The notes under the pieces are model-generated. The model was not told the DNA's origin and made no database searches. It saw nothing but the letters and a program-made list of their open reading frames with translations. This document shows, piece by piece, positions 1 through 10,971 of a stretch of DNA of 64,000 nt. Each line of letters opens with the position of its first letter. Within the stretch, counting starts at the first letter, position 1. The stretch comes from an uncultured Roseburia sp. GTDB taxonomy: Bacteria; Bacillota; Clostridia; Lachnospirales; Lachnospiraceae. Made by a program: the position numbers and the translations under genes. Location of the stretch: the NCBI GenBank assembly GCA_946002055.1, contig CAMFYL010000004.1:5415-69414 (forward strand). Direction: 5' to 3'.

Positions 1-1
1 A

Positions 2-445
2 AAGTTTATCCTCAGTCTGGGCTTTCGGAATAATGTAAGCATTCACCCGATTGCTATAGATCAAAAAATTATTCCTTGTTGTGATGGCCTTATATACCTG
101 CCCCCAAGGAAGAAGCGCCTCTTCATCTAAGGCATCTGATTTGACTACAATCCCTTCATCCGTCAGTTCATAGTGCAGGTTTTCTCTCAACACTTCCGAC
201 ATAGCAATCTGTCTTTTGGAACGAAACCATAGTGTAATTGGAATGTATAAAAAAAAGACTAGCGCCAAGGCCACATATGGCAATACCGAGATGAAATCCC
301 GAAACTGATCCGATACGATAATAACTGCTATGATAAATACACCAAGCACCAAGGATAAGATTCCCTGCAGGGATGTGTAGGCGTGGTGAATATTGAATCG
401 ATACATATCCTGACTTGTAAGTTTTACATCAAATTTGACTGACAT
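2..445 (-). CDS. YcxB-family membrane protein (3' end runs off the window)
   Basis: Translated by hand: RBS AGGAGG, ATG 445, MSVKFDVKLTSQDMYRFN...two TM segments...YELTDEGI...LPWGQVYKA...LIYSNRVNAYIIPK; open to the window edge. Confidence 0.65.
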   Translation of the reverse strand, partial: MSVKFDVKLTSQDMYRFNIHHAYTSLQGILSLVLGVFIIAVIIVSDQFRDFISVLPYVALALVFFLYIPITLWFRSKRQIAMSEVLRENLHYELTDEGIVVKSDALDEEALLPWGQVYKAITTRNNFLIYSNRVNAYIIPKAQTEDKL

Positions 446-540
446 ACACAGTCCTCCTAGTATTACTTTTTCTCTAATCTATCCTATCACATTTCCTATA
501 AATACAAAAGACCCAATCCTTTCGGACCGGGCCTTCCCTT

Positions 541-1179
541 TTATTTGTTTGTTCCCTTAAGAATCGGTGACAGCTTCTTGTAAATCAACATGGTAATTAC
601 CACCGATGCCAACGCCTTCACAAAGGTGAATGGAACATTAAACATAAGCAGACATTGTGGCAATGTCTTTACCGCTGGGACGATTGCTTGATAGGCAGCA
701 ATGATCACCTCTCTTGGCATAAAGTTCTCGTAAATCGGATACACCACAAACAAATTTGATGGAAAACTAATGATTGCCATGGCAGCTGCTCCAACAAGAG
801 AACCTACAAGTGCGCTCTTTCTGTTCTTCTTTGCCTTGTAAATCAATCCTGCCGGGAGAACAAACGCTGCCCCAAGGACAAAATTGCTAAGCTCCCCTAC
901 GCCACCTGTTGATGTCATCAAAAGGTGAAGCAAGTTCTTGATCAGACATACCATCACACCACAGGCTGGACCCATAGCAAAGGTTCCAATTAAAGCAGGC
1001 AGCTCCGACAAATCCATCTTGATAAATCCCGGCATAACCGGAACGGAGAAATCAAGAAACATCAGCACGAAAGCTACTGCAGATAACATGGCTGTTATTG
1101 TAATATAGCGAACGCTCATTTTTGATTCTCTTGCACTCTTTGTCCTGTTGTTCAATGATACATGGTTTGTGTTACTCAT
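541..1179 (-). CDS. ribU: ECF transporter S component, riboflavin-specific
   Basis: Hydrophobic protein with FIKMDLSELPALIG and TGGVGELSNF motifs; lies downstream of an FMN riboswitch. Confidence 0.85.
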   Translation of the reverse strand: MSNTNHVSLNNRTKSARESKMSVRYITITAMLSAVAFVLMFLDFSVPVMPGFIKMDLSELPALIGTFAMGPACGVMVCLIKNLLHLLMTSTGGVGELSNFVLGAAFVLPAGLIYKAKKNRKSALVGSLVGAAAMAIISFPSNLFVVYPIYENFMPREVIIAAYQAIVPAVKTLPQCLLMFNVPFTFVKALASVVITMLIYKKLSPILKGTNK

Positions 1180-1242
1180 TATTATGTACTCCTTTTCCTT
1201 TTCTTAGAAAAATTCGGCAGGTACGCAATCCGTATTCCGGCA

Positions 1243-1275
1243 ATAAAAAACCCGAACGCCAAAAGGCGTTCGGGG
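1243..1275 (-). terminator. Intrinsic terminator, expression platform of the FMN riboswitch
   Basis: Minus strand CCCGAACGCC-TTTT-GGCGTTCGGG followed by TTTTTTATT. Confidence 0.85.
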
Positions 1276-1300
1276 TATACTACGCACGTACTCACTGGCT

Positions 1301-1441
1301 TATCTTCTCTCATCCAGACTATACTGTCGGTACCGGGTTCTCACCGGTTCAGCTGCAAATACAACTCACGGACTGGCCACATAGGTGACATCACCGTCGG
1401 TCGGGAATCTATACAATGTATATCACCCTGCCCCGAAGATT
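1301..1441 (-). ncRNA. FMN riboswitch (RFN element)
   Basis: Minus strand ATCTTCGGGGCAGGGTGA...ATTCCCGACCGACGGT...AGTCCGTGA...GAACCGGTGAGAACCCGGTACCGACAGTATAGTCTGGATGAGAGAAGAT, upstream of an ECF S component. Confidence 0.95.
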
Positions 1442-1461
1442 TCTTAATATATTTCTTAAGA

Positions 1462-1490
1462 ATTATAATATACAATTCCTATCATTTCAA
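1462..1490 (-). promoter_or_regulatory. SigA promoter for the riboswitch-ribU transcript
   Basis: TTGAAA-N17-TATAAT about 20 nt upstream of the aptamer. Confidence 0.65.
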
Positions 1491-1497
1491 CACAAGA

Positions 1498-2916
1498 TTA
1501 CATCTTCTCAAACTTGGCAACCTCCCCTGACAAGCCATCAGAAATATTCTTATTCTCTCCCGCCTGTAAGGTGATGGATGAAATTGCCATTACAAGCTCA
1601 GAAATCTCTTCTGCAACAGATGTCACTCCCTGTGCAGACTCTTCTACAGTCAGTGAAATTCCTCCTATGCCTTCATTCATATGCTTCATTGTGCCCACAC
1701 TATCTTCGGACATGGCTGCAAATTTTCTAAATGTAGAACTTGCCTCATCGGAATCCATCTCATAGTTCTCAATGATCTTAACAAAGCAATCGTAATCCTC
1801 AACAACTTCATCTCCTACGAAGCGAATCATCTCAGTAGCATTACCTGCAAGATCTGACACTGCATCAACAACCAGTCCACTGATTTCCTGAATATTGTTT
1901 GCTGTTTCTCTGGCATCGTCAGCCAGCTGTCTTATCTCATCTGCAACCACAGCAAAGCCTTTACCTGCTTCTCCTGCTCTTGCAGCTTCAATGGATGCAT
2001 TTAATGCAAGCAGGTTGGTCTGCGCCGCAATACTCAAGATATTCTCTGTCAGCTCCGTAATCTGATCAACAGATTTGGAAGCCTCCACCGCACCAACCAC
2101 ATTCTTTTGAATGTTATCGAATTTGGAAATAGTTTTTTCTTTCGCAGATACTGCTTCTTTGTACTTATCCTCTGCTCTCATTTTTACTTCGTCCATTTGA
2201 ACAGCGGAAGCGTTTGCACTCTCATTAATTTCCGAAATCTTTCCAAGCATATCAGAACAGCTCTCTGTCAATTTATGAAGCGATTCTGATATCTCCTGCA
2301 TAGATGCAGCTAACTCCTCTGATGTGGCGCTGACATTAGAAGCATTCTCATTGGACGCCTCCGCCTCCTCTGTCACAAGATTGACAGATTCATTCATATT
2401 AGCAGATGCATCCTGTATCTTTGTCATCAAGTCCTGAAGAACATCAATAAATTTATTAATTCCTCCGGCTAACTGGCCAATCTCATCACCTGTTTTGTCA
2501 AAGACGCGCATTGTGAGATCACCTTTTCCGGATTCAATACCACTGATTATTTCATCCAAATCCTTCTTTGCATGCTGTGCAGGGCGAACCACTGTTTTGC
2601 GAATCACACAACACAAAACCACAATAACGACACCATTGAGAAATATCAGTGCCATATCAAACTTATAGGTGCCATCTATTCTGATGTTACTGTGCCTTAT
2701 AGAATAATCAACAGTCTCTTTCGCAGAAGAAATAGCAGCCTCATCTCCCGAAGCAACCGCCGCCTCATATTGGGAAAAAGCGCTTGAAACATTAGCATTA
2801 AACTGTCCAATAATTTTCAGGGCACTAACATTTGCAAAGGTAATCAGCAATGATAATAATCCCAGAATTACCAACATCCCCACTAATTTTCTGTTTAAAC
2901 TTTTCTTCTTTCTCAT
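1498..2916 (-). CDS. Methyl-accepting chemotaxis protein
   Basis: Two TM helices, HAMP (DEIGQLA), signalling tip IAAQTNLLALNASIEAARAGEAGKGFAVVADEIR. Confidence 0.95.
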   Translation of the reverse strand: MRKKKSLNRKLVGMLVILGLLSLLITFANVSALKIIGQFNANVSSAFSQYEAAVASGDEAAISSAKETVDYSIRHSNIRIDGTYKFDMALIFLNGVVIVVLCCVIRKTVVRPAQHAKKDLDEIISGIESGKGDLTMRVFDKTGDEIGQLAGGINKFIDVLQDLMTKIQDASANMNESVNLVTEEAEASNENASNVSATSEELAASMQEISESLHKLTESCSDMLGKISEINESANASAVQMDEVKMRAEDKYKEAVSAKEKTISKFDNIQKNVVGAVEASKSVDQITELTENILSIAAQTNLLALNASIEAARAGEAGKGFAVVADEIRQLADDARETANNIQEISGLVVDAVSDLAGNATEMIRFVGDEVVEDYDCFVKIIENYEMDSDEASSTFRKFAAMSEDSVGTMKHMNEGIGGISLTVEESAQGVTSVAEEISELVMAISSITLQAGENKNISDGLSGEVAKFEKM

Positions 2917-2979
2917 ATATATCCCCTCTCTGTCTCTTAAAGTATTATATATTCATGATTCCCCTGCCATTCCCTCATC

Positions 2980-3495
2980 TCAAACAGAGAAATCCATCTT
3001 TCCTCCTATTAAACTTGCTCCATCCAAAGACTTTTGGTTCCTCCCATAAGGATTCCCCTCGTTATACTTAATCGTAGTCCGTGTAGTTCCGCCTGACACG
3101 TAGGTTCTGCCACATTCCGGACACACCGCCGTGTGAATAGACACACTGGCATTCACCACCCGGCCATTCCCCTGTGCTGCCTTATCATAGGCGTTAGCCA
3201 CATGTTCCCCTTCATGTGCCATAACACGCCCCATGGCAGCCTCCGGGGAAATATGTGTAGCCGACTTAAATGACACATTCTCATCGGACCCATCCACATA
3301 CTTGCGTTCCTTGCAAGTCTGGCACTCTACCGGGCTAGACTTAAATCCTGCTTTCACCTGATTCTCGGCCTGTCCAACGCCCTCGACCGTGGTTCCCTGC
3401 CTGCCGGCACCTATCATGCCGTCACCATAAGGAGTGCCAACAAAACCTATTTGATATGCAGTTGTATCTACACCACCGATACCGCCGATTTGCAT
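2980..3495 (-). CDS. Hypothetical protein, SprA-related-like, with HExxH and two CxxC motifs
   Basis: CQTC, VMAHEGEHV, CPECG...YVSGGTT; RBS AAAGGAG. Confidence 0.55.
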   Translation of the reverse strand: MQIGGIGGVDTTAYQIGFVGTPYGDGMIGAGRQGTTVEGVGQAENQVKAGFKSSPVECQTCKERKYVDGSDENVSFKSATHISPEAAMGRVMAHEGEHVANAYDKAAQGNGRVVNASVSIHTAVCPECGRTYVSGGTTRTTIKYNEGNPYGRNQKSLDGASLIGGKMDFSV

Positions 3496-3698
3496 AAACG
3501 ACTCCTTTCTACTTATGTGAATTAATTATACTCTAATTTTTCTACATTTTCCATACAAATATTTAGATATATTGTATAACTATTCATTGCTAACATGTCG
3601 CAAGGCACAACTCTTTCCCAATTCATAGGAAAAATGATACAATGAAGCAAGCATATTGCAAAATCAACATTTTACATATGGAGAGGAAGACAATAACT

Positions 3699-4064
3699 AT
3701 GTCTGTCATTAAGGATTTCATATATCGAATCTTAGGCTTTACACCGGAATGCATTTTTCATAAAGTTACCGGCTTGTATTGTCCCGGATGTGGGGGAACA
3801 CGGGCAGTCATTCTCTTCTTTCGGGGAGAGTGGCTTCGTTCCATGATGTATCATCCTATGGTACTGTATCTGTTTGTTGCTTTTTTATATATCTTCACCA
3901 GGTATGGCATTGTGGCATATCAAAAGAAGCACAACAAAAAAGCACACCCCTACCGACCCAGTCCCTGGTGGCTGTGGGGTGCACTTGTTGTATTATGTAT
4001 CAACTTTGCAATCAAAAATATTGTTTTGCTTTGTTTTCATACAGATTTGTTGCAGCCTTTATGA
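3699..4064 (+). CDS. DUF2752-family membrane protein
   Basis: CIFHKVTGLYCPGCGGTRA...HP signature; start moved to ATG 3699 after GAGAGGA. Confidence 0.8.
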   Translation: MSVIKDFIYRILGFTPECIFHKVTGLYCPGCGGTRAVILFFRGEWLRSMMYHPMVLYLFVAFLYIFTRYGIVAYQKKHNKKAHPYRPSPWWLWGALVVLCINFAIKNIVLLCFHTDLLQPL

Positions 4065-5606
<1,542 letters not shown>

Positions 5607-5635
5607 TTATAAAATCAAATCACAACTTTTATTAT

Positions 5636-5673
5636 AAAAAATTTCCCTAATTATTTCAATAACTAGGGAAATC
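5636..5673 (-). terminator. Terminator of the ACT-hom-apgM operon
   Basis: Stem ATTTCCCTAGTTATT/AATAATTAGGGAAAT followed by a T-tract on the minus strand. Confidence 0.65.
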
Positions 5674-5710
5674 TTCTACTTATCTGTTTTTTTGTCCATT
5701 TTCTTTTTGC

Positions 5711-6913
5711 TTATTTTGTGAAAAAGTAATCAATCAGCTTGTGGCCCTCTGCCACATAGTTGCCACTAGCCTCTGCTTCCTTCTCGTTATACTGCCAGTT
5801 CTCCACCTTTTCCTCCTTGCTGTTATATAGCATATAAGGAACGCTGTCCCCTGTATGTGTTCTGATGCAAATTGGTGTTGGGTGATCCGGAAGAACAAGC
5901 ATTGCGAAGTCTTCACCTGCAGCAGAAAGTCCCTCATATATAGGACGAATCACTTCCTGATCCAAATGTTCAATAGCCTCTACCTTGCGGGAAACGCTTC
6001 CCTGGTGCCCCATCTCATCCGGAGCCTCTACGTGAACGTATACAAAATCATAGCCATCTTTTGTAAGAACATCTACAGCTGCAGCTGCCTTACCCTGATA
6101 GTTTGTATGCAGACCTCCATTTGCTCCTTCTACAGTAATCACCTTCATAGAAGAACCAACGGCGATTCCTTTTAACAAATCCACTGCTGAAATCATAGCA
6201 CCGGATTTTCCTGTCTTATCCTCGAAGGAACTAAGAGCCGGTTTCGTTCCGGCGCCCCAGAACCAGCATGAATTGGCCGGGTTGAGTCCTGCTTCTTTGC
6301 GAGCAACATTAAGAGGATGACTCTTCAAAACCTCATAACTCTTTTCCATCATTTCACGAAGGACTTCGTCCTTTGGCAAATACTGACCGATGGTCTGGCC
6401 CAACACATCATGTGGAGGTGTCAATGGCATTACGGTGCCCTGATCAATCACCAAACAGTGGCGATAGCTTGTTCCAAGATAAAAATCATATCCATCTTTT
6501 TTCAGAGCTTCCTTTACTGCATCAAGCAATATGGCCGCATCTTCGGTACTAATTTCACTGGAGCTGTGATCAATAATCCTCTGCTCCTCATAAGAAACAT
6601 TCTCCTCAGAAATGGTAACCAGATTACAACGGAGTGCAACATCTGTCGCCTTCATTGGTACACCAATGCTAAGAGCCTCTAATGGTGAGCGGCCGGAATA
6701 GTATTTCTTAGGATCATAGCCAAGGACAGACAAATTTGCCGTGTCACTTCCCGGACTCATTCCGTCCGGCACTGTATGCACCATACCAATTTCACTCTTT
6801 TTTGCCAATATATCCATCATTGGTGTCTTTGCAAATGCAAGAGGGGTTTGATCCCCCAGTTCTGATATTGGCTGATCCGCCATACCATCCCCTAAAACAA
6901 CAACATATTTCAT
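5711..6913 (-). CDS. apgM: Cofactor-independent phosphoglycerate mutase-like protein (ApgM family)
   Basis: GDGMAD, PGSDTANLS, HVEAPDEMGH, PDHPTP...TH metal-binding motifs of the alkaline phosphatase superfamily. Confidence 0.85.
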   Translation of the reverse strand: MKYVVVLGDGMADQPISELGDQTPLAFAKTPMMDILAKKSEIGMVHTVPDGMSPGSDTANLSVLGYDPKKYYSGRSPLEALSIGVPMKATDVALRCNLVTISEENVSYEEQRIIDHSSSEISTEDAAILLDAVKEALKKDGYDFYLGTSYRHCLVIDQGTVMPLTPPHDVLGQTIGQYLPKDEVLREMMEKSYEVLKSHPLNVARKEAGLNPANSCWFWGAGTKPALSSFEDKTGKSGAMISAVDLLKGIAVGSSMKVITVEGANGGLHTNYQGKAAAAVDVLTKDGYDFVYVHVEAPDEMGHQGSVSRKVEAIEHLDQEVIRPIYEGLSAAGEDFAMLVLPDHPTPICIRTHTGDSVPYMLYNSKEEKVENWQYNEKEAEASGNYVAEGHKLIDYFFTK

Positions 6914-6915
6914 TT

Positions 6916-8115
6916 TTATGCTCCCATGCGAATCATTTGTTTTACGTTTCCAAGTTCAGCCGCCTTAGCCGCATAGTCATTTTCTGTCATAGCACTTGTC
7001 ACAAAACCGATTTCGTCTGCAACAGAAGCATCCACATACGCAACCTGTCCAAATACCTTTTCGATGTCAGCCTTAGAAGCAGAGCTTCTCACAAAGAAAC
7101 TGTTTACCTGCTGACCGGCATCTGCCAATGTAAGCTTCTCCTTCTTCCATTCCAGGAAAATGTTCTTGTCGATATGACGAGCAGTCTCAACCATATCACC
7201 AACAACGGCACTGGCTGTAGGAAGTTTGCCTGCGCCACTTCCGTAGAACATCGCATCCCCAAGCATATTTCCATGAACGAAAATTGCATTAAACACATCA
7301 TTTACATTGTAAAGTGGATGGTTTGCCGTCAAAAGATATGGAGCCACTCTAGCCACATAACTTCCATCCTGTGCCTTGCTGGTAGCAAGTAACTTAATAT
7401 TTCTTCCCATAGCCTTAGCATACTTGATATCTGTAGCACTGATATGCGAAATTCCCTCTGTTGGGATATCTTCAAAGTCAACCTGCTGACCGGATACAAG
7501 AGATGTGAGAATAGCAATCTTTCTGCAGGCATCATAACCTTCAATATCTGCTGTTGGATCCTTTTCTGCATATCCCTTTGCCTGCGCATCCTTTAACACG
7601 TCATCAAACTCAGAGCCTTCCTGGGTCATCTTTGTCATCATATAGTTTGTTGTACCGTTTACAATACCGGCGATTTCTTCAATTACATCGCCAGTCAAGC
7701 ATTTCTGCAAAGGACGAATAATTGGAATACCACCGCCAACAGAAGCCTCAAACATAAAGTTTACACGGTTGTGTCTAGCAATCTCAATAAGTTCCGCGCC
7801 CTTGTCAGCCACAAGAGCCTTGTTGGATGTTGTCACATGCTTTCCGGCCTCTAGCATTGCCTTCACAAAGGTATATGCAGGTTCTACTCCACCCATTGTC
7901 TCTACAACGATAGAAACCTCCGGATCCTCAGCGATAATCTTATAATCGTGAACGATCTTATCAGCGATGGGATCCCCCTCAAAATCTCTCAAATCAAGAA
8001 CATACTTTAACTCTAGGGGCTCACCACTTCTCTTGGCAACAACCTCCTTGTTCACCTCTAAAATCTCTGCTACACCTGAACCAATGGTTCCGTATCCCAT
8101 AATTGCAACTTTCAT
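6916..8115 (-). CDS. hom: Homoserine dehydrogenase
   Basis: GYGTIGSG, EASVGGGIP, NGTTNY, GYAEKDPTADIEG, GAGKLPTASAV. Confidence 0.95.
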   Translation of the reverse strand: MKVAIMGYGTIGSGVAEILEVNKEVVAKRSGEPLELKYVLDLRDFEGDPIADKIVHDYKIIAEDPEVSIVVETMGGVEPAYTFVKAMLEAGKHVTTSNKALVADKGAELIEIARHNRVNFMFEASVGGGIPIIRPLQKCLTGDVIEEIAGIVNGTTNYMMTKMTQEGSEFDDVLKDAQAKGYAEKDPTADIEGYDACRKIAILTSLVSGQQVDFEDIPTEGISHISATDIKYAKAMGRNIKLLATSKAQDGSYVARVAPYLLTANHPLYNVNDVFNAIFVHGNMLGDAMFYGSGAGKLPTASAVVGDMVETARHIDKNIFLEWKKEKLTLADAGQQVNSFFVRSSASKADIEKVFGQVAYVDASVADEIGFVTSAMTENDYAAKAAELGNVKQMIRMGA

Positions 8116-8120
8116 CTGTA

Positions 8121-8564
8121 TCACTCCTTGGCTAATATTTTAACAAATTGAATTCCCTGTGTCTGTTCCATGGTTTGCACCATCTCTGATACATCCCCCG
8201 TCTCAGGCAGCACATCCACACTAAGTGTTAATGATGCCACACCATTGACCGGAATACTCTGATGGATGGTAAGAATATTGGCATGATATTTTGCCACGGT
8301 CTGCAGAATCTCTGACAGAACCCCCGGCTCATCCTCCAACTGAATCACCATAGTGATGGTCTTGCCCCGCACATTCTCACGAAATGGGAAAATGTCCTCC
8401 TTATATTTATAGAAGGAACTGCGACTGATTCCCACCTGCTCTGTGGCCTCCTGCACGGAAACACACCGACCGGAATCCAGCAATCGCTTGGCTTCCACCA
8501 CTTTCAACAACACTTCCGGAACTGCTTTTTCTTTTAAAACAAAATAGGTAGTCTTATCTGACAT
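8121..8564 (-). CDS. ACT-domain transcriptional regulator (PheB/ThrR family)
   Basis: N-terminal HTH (GISRSSFYKYK) plus ACT domain (DEPGVLS...NILTIHQSIP); RBS GGAGG. Confidence 0.85.
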   Translation of the reverse strand: MSDKTTYFVLKEKAVPEVLLKVVEAKRLLDSGRCVSVQEATEQVGISRSSFYKYKEDIFPFRENVRGKTITMVIQLEDEPGVLSEILQTVAKYHANILTIHQSIPVNGVASLTLSVDVLPETGDVSEMVQTMEQTQGIQFVKILAKE

Positions 8565-8576
8565 AAATCCTCCAAG

Positions 8577-8642
8577 TGTCTTTAATAGAAAAACATTTGT
8601 CTTCACTCGAAAGATAATATCATAATAAGGCTACCTATGCAA
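8577..8642 (-). promoter_or_regulatory. SigA promoter overlapped by a tandem dyad operator
   Basis: TTGCAT-N17-TATTAT with TG extension; dyads TGTCTT-N7-AAAACA (8577-8595) and TGTCTT-N7-AAGATA (8598-8616). Confidence 0.6.
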
Positions 8643-8663
8643 GGGTATTTCCCAATTATTTCT

Positions 8664-9782
8664 TTATGGACGAGGCGCCCCGCACTCGCTGCAGAATTTG
8701 CCTGTATTCACATTGCCGCAGGTACATGTCCACTGACTTTGCGACTGTTGTGGAGCAACTTGTTGCGGTGTTGCTTGTTGATTCATCATTCCACCAGCCA
8801 TTCCTGCTGTCATTTGATTCACGCTATCCATCGTAGCGTTCATGGCATTCATTCCCATGCCAACTCCCATGAAACCAGCCATAGAACCGGCATCGTTGCT
8901 GCCTGCATTTTTCACGCCCTCAGTCACATTGGAAATAGCAACACCACGGATAACACTTGGGTCGGAGCCAATCATAGCACCGCGGTTTCTCATATTGATA
9001 AGCTCCTGTGAGGTTTCGTCGTAAGAAATACTAGCAACACCCACAGCCTGCACTTCCATACCACGCTGTTCCCTCCAATCCTCATCAAGAACATCTCTCA
9101 TATATTTACCAAGCTCAACCGCCTTAGATGACACATAGGAAATTCTTGTGCCATCTGCAGACATCTGATTGATTGCAGAAGAGAATGCCTCCAAAAATTC
9201 AGAAAGGTACTGCTCGTTGATATCATCAATACTCAAATTAGAGGCATTTCTAGGAACCACTTCGCTGTAAAATTTCAACGGATCAACGATCTTGATGGAA
9301 TATGTACCGTGGGCACGCAAGAAAAGCTCTGCATTATAGAAATTATCAAAGTAGTTCACAGGGTTTCTCGTACCAAACTTGATTCCCTTGATTTCCTGCA
9401 TATTTACAAAGAACACCTTCTGCTCCTTTGATGACTCACCGCCGTACTTAATACGGCTAAAGGTGTCTTTGATGGACTCTCCCAATTCACCATTAAACAG
9501 AGATGGGCTGCTGGAATTTTCCACCTTGTAGTATCCCGGTTCCGCAGTGTAATCCACCACCTTGCCACCATCCACAAGCATCATAAATTGATTGTCATAC
9601 ACACGAATCACAGAGCCGTCCGATACCAAGCCTGCGGTTCCTTTGGTATTCTCGCCTTTTCTCACAAGCTTGCCCTCTGTAAACACAGTGTGCTCGCCCA
9701 TCTGGCCAGCTTCCACAACCTCAAGCCACTGGTCCGCAAATGATTTTCCTACAGCTTCCCCTGTCGCTTTAATAATACCCAT
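8664..9782 (-). CDS. SPFH/band-7 domain protein with C-terminal zinc ribbon
   Basis: IKFGTRNP...LFLRAHGTYS; C-terminal WTCTCG...FCSECG. Confidence 0.8.
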   Translation of the reverse strand: MGIIKATGEAVGKSFADQWLEVVEAGQMGEHTVFTEGKLVRKGENTKGTAGLVSDGSVIRVYDNQFMMLVDGGKVVDYTAEPGYYKVENSSSPSLFNGELGESIKDTFSRIKYGGESSKEQKVFFVNMQEIKGIKFGTRNPVNYFDNFYNAELFLRAHGTYSIKIVDPLKFYSEVVPRNASNLSIDDINEQYLSEFLEAFSSAINQMSADGTRISYVSSKAVELGKYMRDVLDEDWREQRGMEVQAVGVASISYDETSQELINMRNRGAMIGSDPSVIRGVAISNVTEGVKNAGSNDAGSMAGFMGVGMGMNAMNATMDSVNQMTAGMAGGMMNQQATPQQVAPQQSQSQWTCTCGNVNTGKFCSECGAPRP

Positions 9783-9804
9783 AACACACTCTCCTTCTCA
9801 TTGT

Positions 9805-10942
9805 TTATTCTGCATCCATAGTACCACGATTTGGGCACCCTAAAGATAACCATTTCAAGTAACTGTTCATAAACGGTGTAAGAGCACCATCCATCACAGC
9901 ATCCACATTACCTGTCTCACATCCTGTTCGCAGGTCCTTCACCATGGTGTATGGTTGCATCACATAGGAGCGAATCTGATTGCCCCATCCGATATCTGTC
10001 ACCTCACCACGAATACCCTGTGCCTGGCGTTCCTGTTCTTCCTTCTCTAAAAGATACAGCTTCGCCTTCAGCATCTGCATAGCCTTGTCCTTATTCATAT
10101 GCTGAGATCGCTCATTCTGACACTGCACCACGATTCCTGTAGGAAAATGGGTGATACGAATGGCAGAAGATGTCTTGTTAATATGCTGACCTCCAGCACC
10201 GCTGGAACGATACGTATCAATTCGAATATCTTCATCCCTTACTTCGATTTCAATATTGTCATCTAACTCCGGCATCACATCACAGGATGCAAAGGATGTT
10301 TGACGTTTGCCCGCCGCATTAAATGGAGAAATACGCACCAAACGATGCACGCCCTTCTCCGACTTCAGATATCCATAGGCATTATCGCCATTCACCTGAA
10401 ATGTCACCGATTTAATTCCGGCCTCATCACCATCCTGATAGTCCAAAACCTCCATAGAGAATCCTCTATCAGAGACCCATCTGGAGTACATGCGATACAA
10501 CATGGAAACCCAATCGCAGGCTTCCGTGCCCCCTGCTCCTGCATGGAGAGATACAATTGCATTATTTCCGTCGTACTCTCCCGACAACAGAGTCTTCATG
10601 CGCAAATCCTCAAGAGCCTGCTCAAACTCATCAAACAGTTCCTCAATCTCCGGCAGCAATTCCGGATCATTTTCCTCATACCCCAAGGCAATATACGTTT
10701 CAATCTCTTCAAAGAGTTCCTCCAGACGTGCAAACACACCCACATCATCCTTCAGACTCTTTAACTCTTTCATCTTGGCTGTTGAGGTGGTGGCATCATT
10801 CCAAAAATCTGCCCCTTCCATCTCTCTTTCCAGCTCCTCAATTCTCCTTGACTTATTTGCTAAGTCAAAGTGAATCCCTCACTTCCTGTAGTGGAGATTC
10901 ATAAGCTTGCAGCTTCTGCTTGTAAGCATCTAATTCAACCAC
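9805..10942 (-). CDS. prfB: Peptide chain release factor 2, with programmed +1 frameshift
   Basis: GTG 10942 opens 25 codons ending CTT-TGA-C (10870-10864), preceded by SD-like AGGGA; the +1 frame joins ORF 9805-10821 carrying SPF and GGQ. Confidence 0.95.
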
Positions 10943-10971
10943 AGTATTCACCTCTTTCTTTTTTTATTTAC

